Assembly (NCBI GenBank): GCA_036498865.1
Contig: DASYEU010000015.1
Span: 8,918 to 72,917 of the forward strand
Length of the DNA stretch: 64,000 nucleotides
Origin: Acidobacteriaceae bacterium
Lineage (GTDB): Bacteria; Acidobacteriota; Terriglobia; Terriglobales; Acidobacteriaceae
Direction of reading: 5' to 3'
The notes beneath the pieces were generated by a model. That model was not told the origin of the DNA and did no database searches. It was given only the letters and a program-made list of their open reading frames with translations. Position numbers and translations under genes: made by a program. Shown piece by piece: positions 20,102 to 28,301 of the stretch (positions are counted from its first letter, which is position 1; each line of letters starts with the position of its first letter).

Positions 20102-21235
20102 ATGAACGTAGCTGGTGATAAGGCGGGGCCGCGTTTCGCTCCGGTGATTCTCGCGGGCGGAAGCGGAACGCGCTTCTGGCCCAGGAGCCGCAGGGCGCGC
20201 GCGAAACAGGTGCTGGCGCTCGACGGCGAACGGACGATGATCCAGCAGACGCTGGACCGGCTGCTTCCCATGGCGGCGGCGGACGACGTTTGGGTGATCA
20301 CGAATACGGCTCTGGACGAGGTGATTGCGGCCCAGTTGCCGGAAGTTCCACGGAAGAACATTCTGAGCGAGCCGGCAGCGCGGAACACTGCTCCGGCGTG
20401 CGCGCTGGCGGCGTTTCTGCTGGAGCCGAGTGCGCCGGATACGGTGATTGGGATCTTTCCGTCGGACCACGTGGTGAAGAACCAGGGCCGTTTCGTTGAG
20501 GTGATTCGGGCCGGCGTGACGCTGGCGGCGAGCGGCAATCGGATTGTGGTGCTGGGGGTGCCGCCGACGCGGGCTGAGACTGGCTATGGGTACGTCGAGT
20601 TGGGCGCGGCGGTAGATGCTGTGGACGGCGTTCCGGTGCGGCGGGTGAAGCGATTTACGGAGAAGCCGGATCGGGCGCGGGCGGAGGAGTTTATCGCGTC
20701 GGGGAACTACTCGTGGAACGGCGGGATTTTCCTGTGGAGCGCCCGGACGCTGGCGGGTGCGATTCGCGAGCATTGTCCGGCGATGGCTCCGCTGCTGGAG
20801 AAGATTGCTGCGGCGTACGGTACGGCGGACTTCGATCGCGTGTTTGCGGGGGTGTATCCGCAGTGCGAGAACATCTCAGTCGACTACGCGGTGCTGGAGC
20901 CACGGTCTGCGAAGGGCGAGATGGCGGGAGAGATTTATTGCCTGCCGGCGGACTTTGCGTGGAACGATCTGGGTTCGTGGGCTGCGCTACACGAGCACCT
21001 GACGGACGGGACGATGGAGAACCTGTTCGATCGGACCGATCCTGTGCACACGACGATTGATGCGGATCACAACTATGTGTACGCGCCGGGCAAGGTGGTC
21101 GCGCTGGTCGGAGTGCATGACCTGGTGGTGGTCGACACCGGTGATTGCCTGCTGATTACGGCGCGGGACCGCTCGCAGGATGTGGGCAAGGTGGTTGCGG
21201 ATCTGAAGAAGACAGGGCGGGACGGATTAGTTTGA
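20102..21235 (+). CDS. manC: Mannose-1-phosphate guanylyltransferase (no PMI domain)
   Basis: FAPVILAGGSGTRFWPRSR. ATG 20102 preferred over the TTG at 20093. Confidence 0.85.
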   Translation: MNVAGDKAGPRFAPVILAGGSGTRFWPRSRRARAKQVLALDGERTMIQQTLDRLLPMAAADDVWVITNTALDEVIAAQLPEVPRKNILSEPAARNTAPACALAAFLLEPSAPDTVIGIFPSDHVVKNQGRFVEVIRAGVTLAASGNRIVVLGVPPTRAETGYGYVELGAAVDAVDGVPVRRVKRFTEKPDRARAEEFIASGNYSWNGGIFLWSARTLAGAIREHCPAMAPLLEKIAAAYGTADFDRVFAGVYPQCENISVDYAVLEPRSAKGEMAGEIYCLPADFAWNDLGSWAALHEHLTDGTMENLFDRTDPVHTTIDADHNYVYAPGKVVALVGVHDLVVVDTGDCLLITARDRSQDVGKVVADLKKTGRDGLV

Positions 21236-21242
21236 GGTGAAG

Positions 21243-22688
21243 ATGTCAGAAGCAACGGTGGTGAAGTTCGGAACGGATGGATGGCGCGGCATTATTGCCG
21301 ACGACTTCACGTACGCCAATGTGCGTGTGGCTGCGCGGGCGATTGCGCACTATGTGTTGAAGCATGAGGATGCCAAGCGGGGCGTGTGTATCGGGTGGGA
21401 CACGCGGTTTGGATCTCAGGCATTTGCGCGCGTGGCGGCCGAAGTGATCGCGGAGGCGGGGATTCCGGTGCAGTTGGCTTCGGAGATTACGCCGACTCCG
21501 GCGCTCAGTTTCGCGGTGCGCGGGCACAAGGCCGCGGGCGGAGTGATGATTACGTCGAGCCACAATCCTCCGTCGTGGAACGGAGTGAAGTACAAGGCGA
21601 GCTACGGCGGGTCGGGAACGCCGTCGATCATGACGTCGATTGAGAGCTACCTGAATGAGCCGCTGCCCGCCGCGGAGAAGAAAGCGAAGATTGAAGAGGT
21701 CAATTTCAATCCGGAGTACATCACGGCGCTGGCGCGGTTTGTGGATCTCGATGCGATTCGTGAATCGGGATACAAGTTCCTGATTGATTGCATGTACGGC
21801 TGCGGACGCGGGGTGATCGCGGGGATATTTTCCCGGGTCGATATTCCGTTTGTGGAGATTCGCAGCGAGTTGAACCCATCGTTTCCGGGGATCAATCCGG
21901 AGCCGATTCTGCCCCACATCAAAGCGGCGCAGGTCGCGGTGGTTGCGGAGAAGTGCGACGCGGGACTGATCACGGATGGCGATGCGGACCGCATTGGATC
22001 GGTGGATGAACACGGCAACGTGGTGGATGCGCACAAGATTCTCGCGATTCTGGCGAAGTGGCTGATCGAGCGCAAAAAATGGCCAGGCGATGTGACGCGG
22101 GCGTTCAATACGACCAAGATGGTGGATCGTATCGCAGCGAAGTACGGTCGCACTCTGCATGAGCACGGGATCGGATTCAAGTATGTTGTGGACCTGATGC
22201 TCGCTGGCGAAATCCTGGTTGGCGGCGAGGAGTCGGGTGGCGTTGGCGTGAGCAAACATCTGCCGGAACGCGATGGGCTGCTGAATGCGCTGCTGCTGGC
22301 CAACGTGATGGCCGATGAGAAGAAAACGCTCGGCCAACTGGTGGCGGCGTTGCAAGCGGAGTTCGGCGAGCATCAGTACGGTCGCATCGATATGCACATC
22401 GACGAGGAACTGAAGCAGGCGGCGATTGCTCGGGCGCGGGCGCTGGTCGCTGGCGACACGATGGCAGGGATGAAGGTGCTGCGGGTGGAGACGCTGGATG
22501 GAATCAAGTTTTTTCTGGAGAATCCGGCGTGTGCGGGCAAGGCGAATGCAGCGGAGACGTGGTTGTTGCTGCGCGCGTCGGGAACGGAGCCGCTGCTGCG
22601 GGTGTACTGCGAGAGCTGCGCGGTGGAGTCGGTGACGCAGGTGCTAGAAGGTGCGCGGGCATTTGTGCTGGCTGGTCGGACGGCTTGA
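21243..22688 (+). CDS. Phosphomannomutase/phosphoglucomutase (alpha-D-phosphohexomutase)
   Basis: FGTDGWRG, TSSHNPPSWNGVKY (phosphoserine loop), DGDADR, GEESGG. ATG 21243 lies after a GAGG RBS; the ORF track gives GTG 21237. Confidence 0.9.
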   Translation: MSEATVVKFGTDGWRGIIADDFTYANVRVAARAIAHYVLKHEDAKRGVCIGWDTRFGSQAFARVAAEVIAEAGIPVQLASEITPTPALSFAVRGHKAAGGVMITSSHNPPSWNGVKYKASYGGSGTPSIMTSIESYLNEPLPAAEKKAKIEEVNFNPEYITALARFVDLDAIRESGYKFLIDCMYGCGRGVIAGIFSRVDIPFVEIRSELNPSFPGINPEPILPHIKAAQVAVVAEKCDAGLITDGDADRIGSVDEHGNVVDAHKILAILAKWLIERKKWPGDVTRAFNTTKMVDRIAAKYGRTLHEHGIGFKYVVDLMLAGEILVGGEESGGVGVSKHLPERDGLLNALLLANVMADEKKTLGQLVAALQAEFGEHQYGRIDMHIDEELKQAAIARARALVAGDTMAGMKVLRVETLDGIKFFLENPACAGKANAAETWLLLRASGTEPLLRVYCESCAVESVTQVLEGARAFVLAGRTA

Positions 22689-22722
22689 GCGACGACAACG
22701 GAACAGGACCTTTGGGGGAGCG

Positions 22723-23403
22723 GTGAAGGGCGAAGTGGTGAGCGTGGAGGCCAAAGGGCTGCTGTTCGATATGGACGGCGTGCTGATCAGTTCCCTGGGC
22801 TCGGTCGAGCGATGCTGGAAGCGCTGGTGCAAGCTGTACGACGTTCCCGACGCGGAGAACTTCGAAGTGCAGCATGGCGTGCGCGCGATGGACATTCTGC
22901 GAGGCCTGAAGCCAGAGTGGAGCGATGCCCAGAGGCGTGAAGGACTGCAGGTGATCGAGGACATGGAGATTGAGGACACCGGCGACCTGGTGGTGCTGCC
23001 GGGCGTGACGGCGCTGCTGGCAGAGCTGCCGCCGGAGCGCTGGGCGATTGTGACCTCGGCGACGCACCGGCTGATTCTGGGTCGGCTGGCGGCTGCAGGA
23101 TTGCCGGTACCGGCGCGGCTGATCTCCGGGGACATGGTGGAGCGAGGTAAACCCGATCCGGAGCCGTACCGGCGCGGAGCCGAACTGCTGGGCTTTCGGC
23201 CGGAGGAGTGCATCGTGGTAGAGGATGCGCCTTCAGGAATTAGCGCCGGCGTGGCTGCGGGAGCACGGGTGCTCGGCGTGCTGTCGACGCACGAGTCGAG
23301 TGAACTGAGCGCGGCGACCTGGATTGTGGAGTCGCTGGAAGACGTTGCGGTGACTGCCGGTGCGAATGGATTGGAACTGCGGTTCGCGCGCGTGGTCGTC
23401 TAG
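22723..23403 (+). CDS. HAD-IA family hydrolase (phosphatase/beta-PGM-like)
   Basis: LLFDMDGVLISS motif I; VVEDAPSGISAG motif. GTG 22723 lies after a GGGGGAG RBS. The ORF-track start 22651 overlaps the upstream gene. Confidence 0.75.
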   Translation: MKGEVVSVEAKGLLFDMDGVLISSLGSVERCWKRWCKLYDVPDAENFEVQHGVRAMDILRGLKPEWSDAQRREGLQVIEDMEIEDTGDLVVLPGVTALLAELPPERWAIVTSATHRLILGRLAAAGLPVPARLISGDMVERGKPDPEPYRRGAELLGFRPEECIVVEDAPSGISAGVAAGARVLGVLSTHESSELSAATWIVESLEDVAVTAGANGLELRFARVVV

Positions 23404-23421
23404 GCGCTTTCTTGCTGATGA

Positions 23422-23490
23422 GGCCCCTCCCCCTACTTTGAGTCCTAAAGTACTTCGTTTACAGGGGTTAAGCCTCGATCAAGTCCGGGA
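23422..23490. repeat. Interspersed repeat family 2, copy 1 (CCCCTCC..TACTT..TCCTAAAGTAyTtcGTTTAyA..GGTTArG)
   Basis: About 70% identical by eye to 61092-61155: cccctccccctactttgagtcctaaagtacttcgtttacaggggttaagcc versus cccctccgtacttaggatctaaagtattgtttataaaatggttaggtcc. Confidence 0.6.
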
Positions 23491-23732
23491 GCAGGTCTGG
23501 GCTAGTCCGGCATGGTCTGGATCTGTGGCGCGAGTTCAACTGTCAAAGACGGATGATAAGGACGCTGAGTCCCGGGTGGATCGGAGGTCCTGCGCACGCG
23601 CACGACACACTTTTACCCCTTAAGTTCGGTATCGTGCGTGTCAATGGGTGCGGCTGTGGGAAACGCAGGGAAGACATTTGGATTGTGCATGATGCGGAGA
23701 TACTGGGTGTGGTGGTATCGGGTGACCCCCGG

Positions 23733-23790
23733 CGGCTGAAGCCCTTCGCCCATAGTCCCCCGGATGCCGGGACTGAAGTCCCGGCCTATC
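23733..23790. repeat. Interspersed repeat family 3 copy (CTGAAGCC box followed by GC hairpin with CTGAA loop)
   Basis: ggctgaagccc, then about 25 nt, then GCCGGGAC-tgaa-GTCCCGGC (23766-23785). The tandem units at 48574-48758 have the same architecture. Confidence 0.5.
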
Positions 23791-23798
23791 TGATGCAC

Positions 23799-23836
23799 GA
23801 GAAAATGCCGGAGCCCTGGGTGTGTCAGGCTCCGGC
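23799..23836 (-). terminator. Rho-independent terminator downstream of the DUF4382-like gene
   Basis: GCCGGAGCC-12 nt-GGCTCCGGC (23807-23836). On the minus strand the hairpin is followed by ATTTTCTC. Confidence 0.55.
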
Positions 23837-23878
23837 GACTCGGGCAAGTGGTGCATCCGATTTTTTGCTCTTGTTTGA

Positions 23879-25297
23879 TTAGTTGAGTGCATCCACGTAA
23901 CGGGCCAGGAGAACGGTTTGCCCGGAGACGGGATCTTTGACCAGCAGGCCTACGACACGCACGTTGGTGCTGGCGGCGACGCTGCCGAATGCGGTAAGGC
24001 CGGAACGGAACGCGGTTGGGCCGGAGACATAGACGGTGACGTTCTGGGGGATGAGCAGGCCGGCGAATCCATTCATCTGCATCTGGAAGGTATTGGAGCC
24101 GGGGTTGATGGAGCCTGGGACGACGATTCCGTTGAAGCCCCAGTAGCGCAGGATGACACGCTTGGTGGTGACTGCTTGCGGGTTGGTGGCGCCGCTGGCT
24201 GGCCCGCCGATCGCAACTGCCTGGCCGGGCAACATCAGGCTGGAGTTGAAGAGGAACTGGGACAGGATGTTGCGCTGCCGGTAGATGAAGAAGTTCTCCT
24301 GGCCGGTGAGGTTGACCTGTGCGATCTGGCCGAGCGTGAGGCCGGTGGTGGTGGGAAGCAGGCCGCGCACAAACAGATCGAAGCTGGTGGCTGCGCCGGA
24401 GGTGGGCGTCACATAGGTGACCTGACCGTCGGCGAAGAAGCCGTTCTGGGAGAGGATGGCGACTTCGTCCGCGTCGATGGTTGCGTCGGCGCGATCGAGT
24501 TGGCCGGAGATCTGCACGATGCTGCTGGTGCTGAGCGAGCTAAGGCTTTCGCTGTTGTCCCACTCGGTGTTGCCGGAGACGTTGACGGTGAAGTTGCGGC
24601 CGTGCGGACCCTGGATGACGAAGGACTGCGCAGTGGTATTGACGCTGACGACGGCGGCGTCGAATTCATCCACGTAGGCGTCAGAGTCGGAGGGACCGAC
24701 CGCGCGGATATCAAAGGTGGGTGTGACCATGCCGGTGATCTGGCCTTTGCTGTCGACCTGGATCGACTTGCGGAGATCGAAGTCCATGTGGATGCCAACG
24801 GGTGCGGTTTGCGATACGACGAGTGGCTTAGCGAGCGTGATGTTGATGGTGTTGGTGGTGAGGGTTGCAGGCTGTGACACGATGGTGGGCGCCGAGCCCG
24901 AGACAGCGTTCAGATAGCCGATGGTTGCGGGGCCGAGCGTGATGGCGACGCTGGTGTAGGTGTCGGCCGGGACATCGTTCATGTCGAGCAGGGTCTGGAG
25001 TCCGTTGAAGCGCGCGAAGTCGACGGTGGGCGAGCCGCTGAGCAGCGAAGTGCTTTTGCCGGCGGCGTCGATTGCATTGATGCTCTGCACCTGCACGGAG
25101 AACGAAGTGACGCTGGTGACAGGAGCATCGGTACCGATGATGAATGCTCCGCCGGTGACGGCGTTGGTGACGGGGTTGGTGCTGCTGATAGCGCCGCCGC
25201 AACCCACTGCAAGCAGCGAGGCAGCGGCGAGAGAGAGAAGGCAGATTGGAGACTTGTCACGGAGGTTCGACAGAGTGGAGGACGGCAAGGAGGACAT
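23879..25297 (-). CDS. Secreted lipoprotein, DUF4382-like
   Basis: Lipobox LLAVGCGG. FIIGTDAPVTSVTSFSVQVQSINAIDAAGKSTSLL...DVPADTYTSVAITLG resembles the DUF4382 N-terminal pattern. The family call is from memory. Confidence 0.6.
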   Translation of the reverse strand: MSSLPSSTLSNLRDKSPICLLSLAAASLLAVGCGGAISSTNPVTNAVTGGAFIIGTDAPVTSVTSFSVQVQSINAIDAAGKSTSLLSGSPTVDFARFNGLQTLLDMNDVPADTYTSVAITLGPATIGYLNAVSGSAPTIVSQPATLTTNTINITLAKPLVVSQTAPVGIHMDFDLRKSIQVDSKGQITGMVTPTFDIRAVGPSDSDAYVDEFDAAVVSVNTTAQSFVIQGPHGRNFTVNVSGNTEWDNSESLSSLSTSSIVQISGQLDRADATIDADEVAILSQNGFFADGQVTYVTPTSGAATSFDLFVRGLLPTTTGLTLGQIAQVNLTGQENFFIYRQRNILSQFLFNSSLMLPGQAVAIGGPASGATNPQAVTTKRVILRYWGFNGIVVPGSINPGSNTFQMQMNGFAGLLIPQNVTVYVSGPTAFRSGLTAFGSVAASTNVRVVGLLVKDPVSGQTVLLARYVDALN

Positions 25298-25559
25298 AGG
25301 TCACTTCTTTCTGCGTGCTCCGCACACTTCTTTGGAACGAGCGCACGAGTTGGCAGGAACACCACTCGACCAGCGGCGCGAATGAATCGCCGTGGGCGCG
25401 CTCGTGTACGGAGTCATCGCCGGAGATGGCTTGTATTGGGCGGCTGGAGGATGTTCTCTTCAGTGCGTCCGTTGGCAAAGACCCAATGGCTGGTGCATAG
25501 TTGTGCGATTCGATTAAATAAATTTTGGGTGCTTGCAACTTTCAAAGCGCGCAATTCGT

Positions 25560-25597
25560 AGTGATCAAGCTCCACTAACTTTGTGATGATGATCACT
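25560..25597. promoter_or_regulatory. Inverted repeat AGTGATCA-N22-TGATCACT upstream of the tannase-family gene (candidate operator)
   Basis: Perfect 8-bp arms at 25560-25567 and 25590-25597, in an AT-richer 350-bp divergent intergenic region. Confidence 0.25.
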
Positions 25598-25645
25598 TGC
25601 TACGACGCGAGCGCAGTGCAAGGAACGATGCGCAGGAGGATGACA

Positions 25646-27181
25646 ATGGCGATGCGGAGTGGGTGGTGCGAGCGCGGCGAGCGGCTGCGGGGAACTGCGT
25701 TGCGGCTTGCGGCGCTGGCGGTCGCGGGTTGGATGTGCGCTGCGGGCGTGGCGGAGCAGCCGTGCGCGAGTCTGCGGGCGGTGAAGGTGGATGGAATGAC
25801 AGTGACGCTTGCAGAGAGCGTGAAGGCGGGCGCAGAGGCGAAGTATCCGAAGCTACCGGCGTTCTGCCGTGTGGAGGCTACGCTGCAGCCGACGAGCGAC
25901 TCGGAGATCAAGATTGAAGTGTGGATGCCGGAGGCGGCCGCATGGAATGGCAAGTATGAGGGAACCGGGAATGGCGGGTGGGGCGGATCGATTGACCGCG
26001 GCGCGATTGCGAGCGCGGTGATGCGAGGGTATGCGGCGAGCTCGAGCGATACGGGGCATGCGGGCGGGAGCGCGAGCTTTGCGATGGGGCATCCGGAGAA
26101 ACTGATCGACTTTGGTTACAGATCGGTGCACGGGATGACGGTGACGGCGAAGGCGCTGATTGCTGCGTTCTATGGAGGGGGGCCGAAGCTGGCGTACTTT
26201 GAGGGCTGCTCCTCGGGCGGCCGGCAGGCGTTGATGGAGGCGCAGCGCTTTCCGGAGGACTACGACGGGATCGTCGCGGGTGCGACGACGAACAACTGGA
26301 CGAAGATGATGTTCGCGCGGATCTGGGTGGGCCAGGCGACGCTGAGCGATGCGGCGAGTTATATTCCGCCGGCGAAGTATCCGATGATTCATCGCGCGGT
26401 GCTGGCGGCGTGCGATGCGATGGACGGCGTGAAGGATGGAGTGCTGAATGAGCCGATGAAGTGCGGGTTCGATCCGAAGGCTCTTGCCTGCAAAGAGGGC
26501 GCGGATGGGACGGATTGTTTAACGAAGGCGCAGGTGGAGGCGGCGAGCAGAATCTATTCGCCGGCGACGAATCCGCGGACGGGCGAGCGGATTTTCCCAG
26601 CGATGGAACGCGGGAGCGAGCTTGTGTGGGGGCGGCTTGCGGGCGGACCGGAGCCGATTGCGCTGGCGACTGACTACTTCAAGTACGTGGTGTTCGAGGA
26701 CCCGAAGTGGGATTTCCGTACGCTGAACTTCGATGGCGACGTGGCGAAGGCGACGAAGCGCGATGGCGGTGTGCTGAGCGCGACAGATCCGGACCTGCGG
26801 CCGTTCTTTGCGCGAGGCGGCAAGCTAATCATGTATCACGGCTGGACCGATCAGCAGGTGATGCCGGAGAACTCGATCAACTACTACAGGAGCGTGTCGG
26901 CTGCGGTGGGAGCGGCGAAGACGGATGCGTCGTACCGGCTGTTTATGGTGCCGGGGATGAACCACTGTGGGGGCGGCGATGGGCCGAATCGCTTCGACAT
27001 GCTTGGCGCTCTGGAACTGTGGAGGGAGGACGGTAAGGCTCCGGATGCGATTGTGGCTTCGCATGAGGTGGGCGGAGCGGTGGATCGGACGCGGCCACTC
27101 TGCGCGTATCCCGAGGTGGCGAAGTACAAGGGGAGCGGGAGCACGGACAGCGCGGCGAACTTTGTCTGTGCGAAGCCTTAG
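25646..27181 (+). CDS. Tannase/feruloyl esterase-family alpha/beta hydrolase, secreted
   Basis: GCSSGGRQALMEAQRFPEDYDGIVAGA (nucleophile elbow). Cys-rich lid CDAMDGVKDGVLNEPMKC. Start uncertain: ATG 25646 follows AGGAGG; alternatives are 25583, 25628 and 25640. Confidence 0.85.
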   Translation: MAMRSGWCERGERLRGTALRLAALAVAGWMCAAGVAEQPCASLRAVKVDGMTVTLAESVKAGAEAKYPKLPAFCRVEATLQPTSDSEIKIEVWMPEAAAWNGKYEGTGNGGWGGSIDRGAIASAVMRGYAASSSDTGHAGGSASFAMGHPEKLIDFGYRSVHGMTVTAKALIAAFYGGGPKLAYFEGCSSGGRQALMEAQRFPEDYDGIVAGATTNNWTKMMFARIWVGQATLSDAASYIPPAKYPMIHRAVLAACDAMDGVKDGVLNEPMKCGFDPKALACKEGADGTDCLTKAQVEAASRIYSPATNPRTGERIFPAMERGSELVWGRLAGGPEPIALATDYFKYVVFEDPKWDFRTLNFDGDVAKATKRDGGVLSATDPDLRPFFARGGKLIMYHGWTDQQVMPENSINYYRSVSAAVGAAKTDASYRLFMVPGMNHCGGGDGPNRFDMLGALELWREDGKAPDAIVASHEVGGAVDRTRPLCAYPEVAKYKGSGSTDSAANFVCAKP

Positions 27182-27187
27182 GTCGGG

Positions 27188-27940
27188 TTAGGCGCGCTGG
27201 TTGGCGGCGGCGCGTTCTAGCAGGAGCTGCTCGACCATGTGGAGGTCGGCTTCGGTGTCGACGCCGATGGTGTCGTGCTCGGTGGGCTCGACGTAGAGGT
27301 GAAGGCCATTCTCGAGGAAGCGGAGTTGCTCAAGCCGTTCGGTGCGTTCGAGCTGGCTGGTGGGCAGGGTGGGGAAGAGGTTGAGGGCGGCCTTACGGTA
27401 GGCGTAGAGGCCGATGTGTTTCCAGTAGGGCGGGGAGATGCCGTCGCGGTCGTAGGGGATGGTGGCCCGGGAGAAGTAGAGAGCGCGGCCGTCGGCGGCG
27501 GTGACGACTTTGACGGCGTTGGGGTTGGCGATGTTTTCCGGGGTGCAGCGGACTTTGAGGGTGGTGACGTCGACGCCGGGTTGGGCGAAGGGACGGAGGA
27601 GGGCGGCGATGTGGTCGGGGCGCAGGAGGGGCTCGTCGCCCTGGATGTTGACGTAGATATCGGCGTCGCGAAACTGAGCGATCGCGTGGAGGCGGTCGGT
27701 GCCGCTTAGGAGCGCGGGGGAGGTGAGTTCGACGGGGATGTGGAGGCTCTGGCAGAGGGAGACGATCTCTTCGGAGTCGGCGGCGACGAGGACCTGGTCG
27801 AACTGGGGGCAGGCACGGGCGGCGTCGACGACCCAGGCGAGAAGGGGCTTGCCGGCGATCTCGCGGAGGAGTTTGCGGGGGAGCCGGGTGGAGGCGAGGC
27901 GGGCGGGAATGACACCAAGGATACGGGGCGAATTGGGCAT
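27188..27940 (-). CDS. kdsB: 3-deoxy-manno-octulosonate cytidylyltransferase (CMP-KDO synthetase)
   Basis: ILGVIPARLASTRLPRKLL, NIQGDEPLL. Confidence 0.93.
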   Translation of the reverse strand: MPNSPRILGVIPARLASTRLPRKLLREIAGKPLLAWVVDAARACPQFDQVLVAADSEEIVSLCQSLHIPVELTSPALLSGTDRLHAIAQFRDADIYVNIQGDEPLLRPDHIAALLRPFAQPGVDVTTLKVRCTPENIANPNAVKVVTAADGRALYFSRATIPYDRDGISPPYWKHIGLYAYRKAALNLFPTLPTSQLERTERLEQLRFLENGLHLYVEPTEHDTIGVDTEADLHMVEQLLLERAAANQRA

Positions 27941-28057
27941 GTGGGTCGTGCGGCTTCACTCGGTGTGCCGTTTCACGTATCATAGCTAAGTTGTGCTTTG
28001 GAGTCCTCTCGAAGGGCTCAGGCGCGACTCCTGCCCTGTTGCAGCCCCTCTTCACCC

Positions 28058-28134
28058 GGCGGTGTAGCTCAGATGGTTAGAGCGACGGACTCATAACCCG
28101 TAGGTCACTGGTTCGATTCCAGTCACCGCCACCA
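28058..28134 (+). tRNA. tRNA with CAU anticodon (elongator Met or lysidine-modified Ile2; not initiator)
   Basis: Cloverleaf GGCGGTG/TA/GCTC-AGATGGTTA-GAGC/G/ACGGA-CTCATAA-CCCGT/AGGTC/ACTGG-TTCGATT-CCAGT/CACCGCC/A/CCA. G1-C72 is paired. CCA is encoded. A31-C39 is mismatched. Confidence 0.9.
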
Positions 28135-28301
28135 ATCCAATCAGTTCTGTTGATGCGGCGCGTCGGTCTCCGGCGCACTCGGCAGCTCGGCCGGGCTGGC
28201 TGAGCTGCGTGCCTGGATCTTTGAGGCGAACCTGGAACCCTCCGCTCTGAACTAAAGTTCGGCGCTCTTTAAACCGAAGAAGAACGTGAGAGGCAAGTCC
28301 A

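Noticed and set aside
23553-23882. 109-aa ORF (and antisense 83-aa and 61-aa ORFs) in the 475-bp spacer after the HAD gene.
   Set aside because: The translation runs through the repeat-family-3 hairpins and the terminator hairpin (RRLKPFAHSPPDAGTEVPAYL). It has no start context and no family signal, so it is most likely non-coding repeat DNA.
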